Source: an uncultured Chloroflexia bacterium
GTDB taxonomy: Bacteria; Chloroflexota; Limnocylindria; Limnocylindrales; CSP1-4
NCBI GenBank assembly: GCA_963734535.1
Contig: CAVTHS010000011.1
Span: forward strand, 4,789-68,788
Direction: 5' to 3'
Length of the DNA: 64,000 bases
Shown: positions 40,004-48,575 of the stretch, piece by piece
Layout: each line of letters starts with the position of its first letter
Numbering within the stretch: position 1 is the first letter of the stretch
Notes under the pieces: model-generated
What the model was told of the DNA's origin: nothing
Database searches by the model: none
What the model saw: the letters and a program-made list of their open reading frames with translations, nothing else
Made by a program: the position numbers and the translations under genes

Positions 40004-40882
40004 TCAGCCGCCGAGCGGCGCTGTCAACGCCGCGAGACGCGCGAGCAGGTTGGTGACCATGAGAACGCCGAGGCCGATGAGCATCGCCCCGCTCACGAGC
40101 GAGACGACGCGGTGGTGGTGTCCAACCCAGCCGAGCCGGCGGGCGACCCACGTCGCGCCCATCGCGACGGCCAGGAACGGCACGGCGAGCCCGGCCGCAT
40201 AGGCGAGGAGGAGCACGGTGCCCTGGGCCACGCTCCCGGTGGTGGAGGCGAGGCCGATGATCCCGCCGAGGATCGGGCCGATGCAGGGGCTCCAGCCCGC
40301 GGCGAAGACGACCCCGAAGAGGAGCGACCGGCCGTAGCCGGGACCGCGCAGGCGCACGCCCGCGCCGGGTCCGCCGCCGAGCGTCAGCGTGCCACCACCG
40401 GGCAGGGCGCCGCTCGTCATCGTGCCGGCGCCGGCCATGGCGCGGCTCGCGATCGTGTCGCCGGCACCACTCATGCCGCCGCCCGCCAGGCCGCCGCCCG
40501 CCATGGCGCCACCGGCCAGGGCGCCGCCGAAGGCGGGCATCGGGCGGGTGTCGCGCCACAGCGCCCGGAGGTTGATCACGCCCGCGACCTGGAGGCCCAG
40601 GACGATGAGGACGGCCCCGCCGATCTGGCGGAGGTACTTCGCGTTGTCCGCCAGGGCGTATCCAATCGCGCCGATCGATGCCCAGAAGGCGACGAAGACG
40701 AGCGTGAAGCCGGTCACGAACGCGAGGCCGTGGACGAGGCTCCGCCGGCGGTCCGCCGCTCCCGTGGCGCCAACCATGTACCCGATGTAGGCCGGCACGA
40801 GCGGCAGGCAGCACGGCGAGGCGAAGGAGACCACGCCTCCGAGGAATGCGACGAGGAGGCCGATCCCGGCCCCGACGGTCAT
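40004..40882 (-). CDS. ccdA: CcdA/DsbD-family cytochrome c biogenesis thiol transporter with a Gly/Ala/Met-rich insertion
   Basis: SFASPCCLPLVPAYIGY and FAAGWSPCIGPILGGI are the two conserved Cys motifs. A ~70-aa low-complexity loop lies between them. Confidence 0.85.
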   Translation of the reverse strand: MTVGAGIGLLVAFLGGVVSFASPCCLPLVPAYIGYMVGATGAADRRRSLVHGLAFVTGFTLVFVAFWASIGAIGYALADNAKYLRQIGGAVLIVLGLQVAGVINLRALWRDTRPMPAFGGALAGGAMAGGGLAGGGMSGAGDTIASRAMAGAGTMTSGALPGGGTLTLGGGPGAGVRLRGPGYGRSLLFGVVFAAGWSPCIGPILGGIIGLASTTGSVAQGTVLLLAYAAGLAVPFLAVAMGATWVARRLGWVGHHHRVVSLVSGAMLIGLGVLMVTNLLARLAALTAPLGG

Positions 40883-42180
40883 GGCCTGGCGCTCGATGAC
40901 GGCGCGGCGCTCGACGCAGGCGCGGTCGATGGCGCGGACGATCCCGCGCTCGCGGCGGGGGAGCCGGCCGGCGCCGCGCTCGCGAGGGCGTCGAGGTGCG
41001 CCTTCACGGTCGTGGCGATATCGCTGTCCGGGGCGAGCGCGACGACGCGCGACCACTCGCGCTGGACCCCGACCATGTCGGCCGGCTGGCGGTTCAGGTA
41101 GAGGAAGCCCAGGTCGTAGTGCGCCTCGACGTTCTTCTCGTCGAGCGTCAGGACCTGTTTCCACGCTGTCTCGGCCGTGGTGGCGTCACCCAGGTTGAAG
41201 GCCGTCGCGCCGAGGGCCAGGAAGCCGCGCACGTTGGTCGGCTCGATCGCCGTGACCTTCGAGTACCAGTCGCCAGCGGTCTTGTAGTCGCCGGTCCTGT
41301 AGTACTCGTCGCCGAGCGCCATCAGCGAGTCGGCGTCCTCCGCGTTCGCCTGGATCTTGACCATCAGCGCGGCCACGGCCGCCTGGTCGAGGACCGGCGC
41401 GCTCGCGGCGGCGCTCGGTGCCGGGCTTCCGCCCGCGCCGATGACGGACGCGCTCGTGCCGCCCGCGTTGAAGCCCATCACGACCACGATCCCGATGGCG
41501 GCCACGGTGGCGCCGACGATGGCCAGGTTCCGGAAGGCAGCCGACCCGATGATTCCCAGGAGCTTGCCCGGGCGGGAGGTGGTCCCGGTTCTGGCAGCGG
41601 TCGACGCGGCGCGCTCCGCGGCGGTCCCGACGATCTCCCGGTGCGCGGTCGGATCCACCTCGGCCAGGAGGGCGTCGATCTCGTCGTCGCTGACGATGCG
41701 TCGGCCGGTCTCGTCGACGAGCACCGCCGCGGTCGCTGCCGCCGCGGCTGCCGGGGTCGCGTTTGTTGCCGCCGCGGCCGAGGCCGCGAGCACGGCCGTG
41801 TCCTTAGCCGCGCCCGCCGCTCGCCCCGTCGCGGCAGAGGGTGCCGCGACGGGGGTCGGCGCGAGGGTTTCCCGGCGAGCCGGAGGTGTCGCCGGCTCGC
41901 CGGGCAGGACGGCCGGTCGCGCGCCCGCCCCGACAAGGGCGACGGCACGGGAGAGCGCGGCCGGGTCCGTGAGAAGTGCGTACGCCTCGTCGGCACCGGA
42001 GGCCTGGACGCGTGCCCAGGCCCGCAGGCTGCGCGGCGCCGCCGCGAGATACGCGGAGACCGTCTCGTGGGCGGTGCTCACGTCCTCGGGCGTGGCGGAC
42101 GGGTCGAGCCCGAGGCGTGACAGGAGCTCGCGCTCCAGCTTCTCCGGGCCCCTGGGAGTGGTGCTGCCCGGGCCGCTCAT
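40879..42180 (-). CDS. membrane-anchored TPR protein (CcmH/NrfG-like C-terminal domain)
   Basis: A central TM helix (LAIVGATVAAIGIVVVMGF) and C-terminal TPR repeats (DSLMALGDEYYRTGDYKTAGDWYSKV...). The stop overlaps the ccdA start (ATGA). The start is taken at ATG 42180. Confidence 0.65.
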   Translation of the reverse strand: MSGPGSTTPRGPEKLERELLSRLGLDPSATPEDVSTAHETVSAYLAAAPRSLRAWARVQASGADEAYALLTDPAALSRAVALVGAGARPAVLPGEPATPPARRETLAPTPVAAPSAATGRAAGAAKDTAVLAASAAAATNATPAAAAAATAAVLVDETGRRIVSDDEIDALLAEVDPTAHREIVGTAAERAASTAARTGTTSRPGKLLGIIGSAAFRNLAIVGATVAAIGIVVVMGFNAGGTSASVIGAGGSPAPSAAASAPVLDQAAVAALMVKIQANAEDADSLMALGDEYYRTGDYKTAGDWYSKVTAIEPTNVRGFLALGATAFNLGDATTAETAWKQVLTLDEKNVEAHYDLGFLYLNRQPADMVGVQREWSRVVALAPDSDIATTVKAHLDALASAAPAGSPAASAGSSAPSTAPASSAAPSSSARP

Positions 42181-42384
42181 CGCGCGGCTCTGGCCGGACG
42201 CGCCCACCCGGCGCGTGCTCGTCTTCCGTGCATCTCGGATTGCCCTCGTTGATCGGCCGGGTCCATACCCGGTCCGTGACACCTGCACCGAAGTGTCGGC
42301 TCCGCGAGGTCGTGATCCCATCCGCCGGGCGGCACAAATGCGCCGGCGGACGAATGCTCAAGAGATACGGAAGGTCGGGGGGGG

Positions 42385-42402
42385 CTCTACCGATCGGTAG
42401 AG
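42385..42402. promoter_or_regulatory. 18-bp perfect palindrome CTCTACCGATCGGTAGAG (terminator hairpin or operator)
   Basis: It lies in the 261-bp gap between the stop of the 1095-aa cytochrome gene (42442) and the start of the TPR-ccdA-resBC operon (42180), flanked by G runs. Confidence 0.35.
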
Positions 42403-42441
42403 GGGGAAAGGCGACGGGCCATTCGCCGGGCGCCGTTGGGC

Positions 42442-45400
42442 TCAGTACGACTCGTCTTCGTGATTCTTGCCATGGCACGTCAGCGTGCACGTGCCCGTCT
42501 GCGTGCCGGCGCGAGTCCAGTCCACGGAGCCGATGTTCCCGGTCACGTTCGGCGCGAAGTTCACGAGACCAGCGTTGGTGCCGCTCTGCGATGGCGAAGG
42601 GCTCGTCCGGAAGTCACCCGCAAACGAGTTCGAGTGGATCCGGAAGTGGCATTCCGCGCAGATCGCGTCGCCGCGGCCCGCCTCGGGCGTGTCGATGGTC
42701 CCGTCGACAAGGCCCCGGTTTCGAATGCCGATCACGTGCAGCCCGTGGTACCGGAAGTTGGTGTCGGTCCTGGTCTTGCCGCTGGCGTCCGTGAACGGCG
42801 CTTCCGCATGGCACATGTAGCACAGGGCGAAATCGGCTGACCGATAGGGTTCCGTGAAGGGCTTCAGGTCGCGATCGCGGTAGTTCTGCATGAGATCGCC
42901 GCGGTACTGGTTGGCGTGAGGCGCCAGGTCAGAGCCGGGCGCCGGCGGCGACGTGGTGTTGAACTTGCGGGAGTCTCCATGGCAGTTGGCGCAGCGGATC
43001 GTGCTGCCGGTCGTGAACGACCAGAGCTTGTAGGGCGATGTTCCGGCGAGACTGTTGGCCATCGCGGCGGTCGCATTCTTGCCCGGCGCCTCGATCGGGT
43101 GGAAGGATCCGTTGGCAGGATTGAGCTCGATACCCTTGTCCTCGGCCCACCACGAGGGGTGCTGTGGATCCTTCGCCGGCAGCACGGTCGAGCCGGAATG
43201 GCACTTCAGGCAGAGCTGATACTCGAGCGTCGTCTTGCCGGTCGACCCATCGAGGAAGGCATAGCCGGGCGCGCTGTTCGCGGCGCCATTCGTGACCGAC
43301 ACGCCGGTGACGCCCGTGAGCTCGCCAGGGGCCGTCCAGCCCTGGGTGGTCTGGATGCTTGGCGCGCCCGAGGCGGCGTGGGGATCGTGGCAATCCGCAC
43401 ACTCGTTATGGCGGTTGCTGACACCCCCGAACTCGACGTCGGTGGCAAGCGTGTGGCCGCTGCCGCCGGCCAGGGCGTCGTGGCGGTAGTAGGAGCCCGT
43501 CGCCGGGGAATTCTGCGGGACGAGCGGGTCCGTGTACTGGGACTGGACCTTGCTCGTGGCCCCCGAACCCAGGGTGTCGTGACACCGGAAGCACAGGGAG
43601 GATTGAGGCAGGCTGCTCACCACGAGAGACGCGGTGCCCTGCGCCGTGTGCGTGCTATGGCAGAACGCGCACTGATCCGCCGCCATGCCATAGGGTCCAT
43701 GGATGTCGAGCGCCATCCCCCCCGGTGCCGCCGGGGCGACGAGGACATACCTGGTGCTCCCGACGGCACTGGCCGTGGCGGCCGCTGCCGGGAGCCCGAA
43801 TAGGGAGCCCGGCTGGACCAGGCGGTACCTGAGGTCGGGGCTGGTATCCGGCGCCAGGCCTATCGGGAGACCCCCCGCCGGGCCGACCGGCTGGAGGCCC
43901 GGCGCGGTCGACTGGGTCGAGCCCGGCTGGGCCAGGCGGTACGCGAGCGCTGGATCAAGGTTCGGCGCCGGCCCGACGGAGACCCCGGGGTTCTGGACGG
44001 GCGATTCGAGGAGGGGCGGCTCAGCCCCCATGTGCAAGGTGGCAGCGACCGCACCGATGAGAGCCGTGCCCGCGTCGGTGATCCGGAATTCGTACGATTC
44101 CAGGTACTGGGCGTCAGTCGTCGGCCGGATCGTGAACTCGACCTCCGTGTAGGACATGGCTGGAAGGGTCAGCGGGCCGGCCGGGTTCGGGCCCATGGAA
44201 TGGCGGCCGACCGTGCGGACCTGAGACGCGTCGCTGGTGTCGCGGCTTCGAATCGTGCCGACGCTGATCGTGTCGGCGTCCGGTCCGAGTCTTGACCCAC
44301 CGCCCGGCACGCCGCTGCTTACCCACTCGGGACCCACGTAGAAGCCCATCCCAATCACGCTCTCGCCGCTCGGCACAGCGACGAAGGCTGTGCCGCACTT
44401 CGGGCGATACTCGAGCCGAGGCGAGATCGTCACGGGGCGATCGCCCTCGTTCCGCACCTGGAACCGAATCCGAACCATGCTGAAGCGCCGGACGTTCGCG
44501 AGGGGTTCGTCCTCGGGCATGTAGGTCGGCGTGAGGCTGAGGTCCGCTACTTCGCCGACGGTCGAATGCTCGATCTCCACGAGCGGTGCGACGAAGATGG
44601 TGGCCGAGGGGCCGATCGCGAGGGCGCCCGCCACCTCCAGGCTGGAGGCGAAGGTCGCCGCGAAGTCGAGGCCGCCGTCGACCGGCGACGAGGTCGGAGC
44701 CCGGAGCACCACCGACCGGTCCACGGAGATGTCCGCGCCGACGGGATCGAGATCCCAAACGATCCTTTCGAGATTGCCGTCGTACGTCCCACCGCCGGCA
44801 TCGACGATCGACCAACCCGCCGGGATGACGACGTTCAGGCTGCTGGCCGGCTGATCCTCGGCGGTCGTGAATCCGACGGTAACCCGGAGCTGTGTGCCGG
44901 GATCGATCCGGTGGCGGCCCTCGGCCGGCGCATCGGTGGTCAGGTGGAGCCGGACCGTGGCCGCCGGGTTCGGGGCGGGTGCGACGAAGATGGTGGCCGA
45001 GGGGCCGATCGCGAGGGCGCCCGCCACCTCCAGGCTGGAGGCGAAGGTCGCCGCGAAGTCGAGGCCGCCGTCGACCGGCGACGAGGTCGGAGCCCGGAGC
45101 ACCACCGACCGGTCCACGGAGATGTCCGCGCCGACGGGATCGAGATCCCAAACGATCCTTTCGAGATTGCCGTCGTACGTCCCACCGCCGGCATCGACGA
45201 TCGACCAACCCGCCGGGATGACGACGTTCAGGCTGCTGGCCGGCTGATCCTCGGCGGTCGTGAATCCGACGGTAACCCGGAGCTGTGTGCCGGGATCGAT
45301 CCGGTGGCGGCCCTCGGCCGGCGCATCGGTGGTCAGGTGGAGCCGGACCGTGGCCGCCGGGTTCGGGGCGGGCGAGGGGCTCGCGATCGGATCAGGCGAG

Positions 45401-45729
45401 GGGCTCGCGATCGGATCAGGCGAGGGGCTCGCGATCGGATCAGGCGAGGGGCTCGCGATCGGATCGGGCGAGGGGCTCGCGATCGGATCAGGCGAGGGGC
45501 TCGCGATCGGATCAGGCGAGGGGCTCGCGATCGGATCAGGCGAGGGGCTCGCGATCGGATCAGGCGAGGGGCTCGCGATCGGATCGGGCGAGGCGGAGGC
45601 ATCCGGCGTGAGCGCAAGCACCGACGCGGCGTTGTTCGGAACGTACGCGAGCAGGAGCGTCCCAAGGAGCATCGCTGCCGCGGAGAGTGTCCTGGCGCGA
45701 TGACCCACCGAGCGGTGCGTCTGCCTCAT
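42442..45729 (-). CDS. large modular secreted multihaem cytochrome (~1095 aa): signal peptide, SPSPDPIA linker, two DUF11-like repeat domains, C-terminal cytochrome domain
   Basis: ATG 45729 (MRQTHRSVGHRARTLSAAAMLLGTLLLAYVP...). Nine PDPIASPS repeats and a 131-aa domain present twice. The C-terminal ~470 aa carry 7 CxxCH (CAFCH, CFRCH, CADCH, CLKCH, CANCH, CYMCH, CAECH) plus CTLTCH. Confidence 0.85.
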   Translation of the reverse strand: MRQTHRSVGHRARTLSAAAMLLGTLLLAYVPNNAASVLALTPDASASPDPIASPSPDPIASPSPDPIASPSPDPIASPSPDPIASPSPDPIASPSPDPIASPSPDPIASPSPDPIASPSPAPNPAATVRLHLTTDAPAEGRHRIDPGTQLRVTVGFTTAEDQPASSLNVVIPAGWSIVDAGGGTYDGNLERIVWDLDPVGADISVDRSVVLRAPTSSPVDGGLDFAATFASSLEVAGALAIGPSATIFVAPAPNPAATVRLHLTTDAPAEGRHRIDPGTQLRVTVGFTTAEDQPASSLNVVIPAGWSIVDAGGGTYDGNLERIVWDLDPVGADISVDRSVVLRAPTSSPVDGGLDFAATFASSLEVAGALAIGPSATIFVAPLVEIEHSTVGEVADLSLTPTYMPEDEPLANVRRFSMVRIRFQVRNEGDRPVTISPRLEYRPKCGTAFVAVPSGESVIGMGFYVGPEWVSSGVPGGGSRLGPDADTISVGTIRSRDTSDASQVRTVGRHSMGPNPAGPLTLPAMSYTEVEFTIRPTTDAQYLESYEFRITDAGTALIGAVAATLHMGAEPPLLESPVQNPGVSVGPAPNLDPALAYRLAQPGSTQSTAPGLQPVGPAGGLPIGLAPDTSPDLRYRLVQPGSLFGLPAAAATASAVGSTRYVLVAPAAPGGMALDIHGPYGMAADQCAFCHSTHTAQGTASLVVSSLPQSSLCFRCHDTLGSGATSKVQSQYTDPLVPQNSPATGSYYRHDALAGGSGHTLATDVEFGGVSNRHNECADCHDPHAASGAPSIQTTQGWTAPGELTGVTGVSVTNGAANSAPGYAFLDGSTGKTTLEYQLCLKCHSGSTVLPAKDPQHPSWWAEDKGIELNPANGSFHPIEAPGKNATAAMANSLAGTSPYKLWSFTTGSTIRCANCHGDSRKFNTTSPPAPGSDLAPHANQYRGDLMQNYRDRDLKPFTEPYRSADFALCYMCHAEAPFTDASGKTRTDTNFRYHGLHVIGIRNRGLVDGTIDTPEAGRGDAICAECHFRIHSNSFAGDFRTSPSPSQSGTNAGLVNFAPNVTGNIGSVDWTRAGTQTGTCTLTCHGKNHEDESY
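44587..45372. repeat. 2 x 393-bp tandem duplication; I saw no mismatch
   Basis: 44587-44979 and 44980-45372 align at a constant 393-nt offset. In-frame, they encode a duplicated 131-aa domain (APNPAATVRLHLTTDAPAEG...PSATIFVAP). Confidence 0.9.
45371..45586. repeat. 9 x 24-bp tandem repeat (GGCGAGGGGCTCGCGATCGGATCA; units 4 and 9 end in G)
   Basis: Read directly from the sequence. On the minus strand it encodes (PDPIASPS)x9, the linker of the large cytochrome. Confidence 0.95.
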
Positions 45730-45952
45730 GAGCGGGTTCCGACCGCTGGTTCGCCGGGGACGTCTGTTTCGGTCAGCCAGGCGACGCCCAGAGGCGGAAC
45801 GACCAACGAGATCCCCAGCCGCGCGAGGCGCGCGGGAGATCGAGGATTCTCGCACCGCTGGCTGGTTGATCGCATCTCGAAGCTCAATTCCTGGAGGTCT
45901 GGCCCGATCGGGGCCGCCGTGGTGGACGACCCCGATCGGTGGCCTTCAAGGA

Positions 45953-47320
45953 TTACGGGAAGTTGACCGGCGCAGTCCCCTGCGGTAGCGGGGTTGTGCC
46001 CGTGTTGGCGCTGCCCTTCGTCGGGTCGTGACACAGCTCGCAGATCCCGCGGTTGTCAACCTTGAGGAGGCGGCTGTCGCCGACGGCCGTCGAGCCATCG
46101 GGATACGGAACGTTGGCCGAGTACTGGGTCGTGCTCGAGCCGGTGTTCATGACGGCGTTCGAGCCATGCGCGACGTGGCAGGTCGTGCAGGTTCGGTTCT
46201 TGGCGGTCGTGTGGCGATACATGTAGATCGCATCGCCTGAAGCCACGCTCCGCGAGCCCGAGGGCGCCAGGTAGCGGGTGTGGCATTGCGAGCACCAGTT
46301 CGTCATCTGGACGTTGAACCCAAGTGGGTCCGCGCTGTTCCAGGCGGCGCTGCCGCTGGCGGACGTGTTCGGCCTCGCGTTAGGAGCGTCGTAGGAGGTT
46401 GTGCCGGTGGCGTTGTACGGGACGTTCTTGTGCAGATAGTCGCCGGACGCGGCCGCGTAGTCCCCGGCGATCCCGTTGAAGGTTCCCGCGGTCCGAGCTG
46501 CGAGCACCTGGTCTGCGTAGAGCAGGTACGTCGATTCGGTTCCGGGGGTGCCGTTCACCTGGATCACGGTGTAGTTGCGGGTCTTGGCCGGGTCGAACGT
46601 GGCATCAGTCACGTTCACGGCGGCCGCCGCCAGGGTCGTCCCCGTCGTGGCGTCACCGTTGGCGTCCGGGATCCCCTGTAGGATCCGGTAGTTTCCATTC
46701 CCATGCGGATTGTGGCAGGCCGTGCACTCCATCTCGGAGGCGAGATCGCCGCCGGCGCCGGTGCTTCCATCGCCATTCCCGAGGGCACCGCTGCCCCAGA
46801 CGATGTTCTTCGAGGTGAGCCCGTTCCCACCGGTCCCGGCGATCGCGATGTGGGCTGAGGTCACCTTGGCTCCCGCGGCCGAAGTGTTCGCCACGGGGAC
46901 CTTTGCGTTCGAGACGCCGCCGGTGTTGCTGACGAGTCGATAGGCGGCACCCGAGCCGATGTAGGCCGTGATGAAGCCGCCGCCGCGGAGGGCTCCGACG
47001 ACGGTGCTCTTGTCGCGGGCGACCCCGCTCAGGTTGTACTGGACACCGCTGTCGACGTCGGTTGCCGCGCCGGTCCCGGAAGCCCCATGGCAGGAGCGGC
47101 AGTATTCCGTGACGGTCGCCTCGCTCGAGACGAGGAGGTAGCCCGTCGGGCTCTTCGACGTGTGGAGGCGATGGCACGCGGCGCAGCCATCGGCCGTGAT
47201 CCCGCCGGTGGATCCGTTGTTGAACTTCATGACGTGCGGCCCACCGTCGGCGGCGGCAGGCAATGCGGCGAGGATCAGCCAGACGGCGCCGCCCACGAAC
47301 AAGAGCGCCAGTCGTCTCAC
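45953..47320 (-). CDS. secreted hexahaem c-type cytochrome, OmcS-like by motif pattern
   Basis: AAAGGAGGTGA SD 5 nt before GTG 47320. The signal peptide is RRLALLFVGGAVWLILAALPAAADGG. Six CxxCH motifs (CAACH, CRSCH, CTACH, CSQCH, CTTCH, CELCH), with Gly/Ser/Thr/Asn-rich sequence in between. Confidence 0.85.
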   Translation of the reverse strand: MRRLALLFVGGAVWLILAALPAAADGGPHVMKFNNGSTGGITADGCAACHRLHTSKSPTGYLLVSSEATVTEYCRSCHGASGTGAATDVDSGVQYNLSGVARDKSTVVGALRGGGFITAYIGSGAAYRLVSNTGGVSNAKVPVANTSAAGAKVTSAHIAIAGTGGNGLTSKNIVWGSGALGNGDGSTGAGGDLASEMECTACHNPHGNGNYRILQGIPDANGDATTGTTLAAAAVNVTDATFDPAKTRNYTVIQVNGTPGTESTYLLYADQVLAARTAGTFNGIAGDYAAASGDYLHKNVPYNATGTTSYDAPNARPNTSASGSAAWNSADPLGFNVQMTNWCSQCHTRYLAPSGSRSVASGDAIYMYRHTTAKNRTCTTCHVAHGSNAVMNTGSSTTQYSANVPYPDGSTAVGDSRLLKVDNRGICELCHDPTKGSANTGTTPLPQGTAPVNFP

Positions 47321-47439
47321 TGTCTCACCTCCTTTCGCTAGTGCTACGGAACTCCAGTAGTCGCCCGCCCTGCGGGTGTCGGCGTGGGCCGATGGCCAAC
47401 CTTCCTTTCCTTCAATGACTGGATTCACAGCCCATCAGC

Positions 47440-47455
47440 GCAGGTCCGGACCTGC
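47440..47455. promoter_or_regulatory. 16-bp perfect palindrome GCAGGTCCGGACCTGC directly after the NHL gene stop (stem-loop)
   Basis: It abuts the stop codon (47456-47458) on the minus strand. It opens the 135-bp, comparatively AT-richer spacer preceding the hexahaem gene. Confidence 0.35.
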
Positions 47456-48574
47456 TCAGTAGGTCCAAACCTGGATCCGGTTGTTGCGCCAATCGGCCAC
47501 GTAGACACGTGAGCGGCCGTCCACGGCGACGGCGTTGGGCAGCTTGAAGCCGCCATCCCCCGAGCCCCCCTCGCCGAACGCGCCGATGTTCTGGGGGCGG
47601 GCGTCGCCTGCCGCGAGCACGTGGTAGACCTGCACGCCCTGGAGAGAGAGGTCGGCGACGAAGACGCGGCCCGAATCGTCGATCGCCGTTCCGCGTGGCA
47701 GCCCGAGGTTCCCGGCTCCCGCGCCGCGCCCGATGACGCCAAGCTGGCTGCCATCTCGGCCGAACACGACGAGCCGTCCGTTGTTGCTGTCCGCCACGTA
47801 GACGTTGCCGCTCGCGTCGACAGCCACGCTATTCGGGAAGCTGAACTCGTTCGCGCTCCCGAAGGTCTGGATGAACCTGCCGTCGGGCGCGAACTCATGG
47901 ACAGCCTGGAACGGTGCCCCGACGCTCGTGACGAAGAGGTCCCCCTTCGTGTCGAACGCCAGGCCGAGCGGTGCCCAACCCGTGAGGTCGGGCCCGGGGT
48001 CGAAGGCTCGCAGGTAGGTTCCGTCGGCCGAGTAGATGTAGATGGTCGCTGCGGGCCGGTCGCTCACATAGACATCGCCGTTCGTCGGGTTGACCGCAAC
48101 GTAGACGGGAACGTGGGTGCCGCCCGCAGTTGTCGGTGCCCTGAGCGAGCCGACCACGCTGCCGGATCCGTCGAACACGACGACCTGTGGGTCGCCTTCG
48201 GTCTGCGTGGCGTAGATCCGGCTTCCGTCGGCGTTCACGGCCACGCCTGTCGGGGCGACCACGTCGTAGATGCTGTACGAGTAGTGCGGCACCGCCTCGA
48301 TGGTGATCCCTGGCAATGGGAGCTCGGCGATCGGCTTCCGGTTGAGGAGGTACCAGCCTCCGATCGTCAGTAGAGCGACAGTTGCGGCCAGAAGAAGGAA
48401 GAGGAGCACGATCCGTCGGCGCCGGGCGCGCTCGGGCGACGCCTCGCCCCCGGGAGCGACGTCGCCGTGGGGCGCGCCGTCGTCTTCGGGAGCATCTGCG
48501 TCGGCGGGGATCGAGGGTCCCAGCACGGAGCCGTCGATCGATGTCATTCCCTGTGCCGTGACTTCACTGGTCAT
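47456..48574 (-). CDS. membrane-anchored NHL-repeat beta-propeller protein
   Basis: TM helix IVLLFLLLAATVALLTIGGWYLL, then six repeats of the type P.GVAV...G.vYVaD..n.ri.vf. ATG 48574 lies 1 nt after the upstream stop. Confidence 0.85.
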   Translation of the reverse strand: MTSEVTAQGMTSIDGSVLGPSIPADADAPEDDGAPHGDVAPGGEASPERARRRRIVLLFLLLAATVALLTIGGWYLLNRKPIAELPLPGITIEAVPHYSYSIYDVVAPTGVAVNADGSRIYATQTEGDPQVVVFDGSGSVVGSLRAPTTAGGTHVPVYVAVNPTNGDVYVSDRPAATIYIYSADGTYLRAFDPGPDLTGWAPLGLAFDTKGDLFVTSVGAPFQAVHEFAPDGRFIQTFGSANEFSFPNSVAVDASGNVYVADSNNGRLVVFGRDGSQLGVIGRGAGAGNLGLPRGTAIDDSGRVFVADLSLQGVQVYHVLAAGDARPQNIGAFGEGGSGDGGFKLPNAVAVDGRSRVYVADWRNNRIQVWTY

Positions 48575-48575
48575 G

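Noticed and set aside
45371-45586. Regular 24-bp repeat array that could be mistaken for a CRISPR array
   Set aside because: The units are directly adjacent with no spacers and are too short. They lie in-frame inside a long ORF, encoding (PDPIASPS)x9, so this is a coding tandem repeat.
45260-45703. Plus-strand ORF encoding (GEGLAIGS)n
   Set aside because: It is the antisense reading of the PDPIASPS repeat of the large cytochrome gene and has no independent support.
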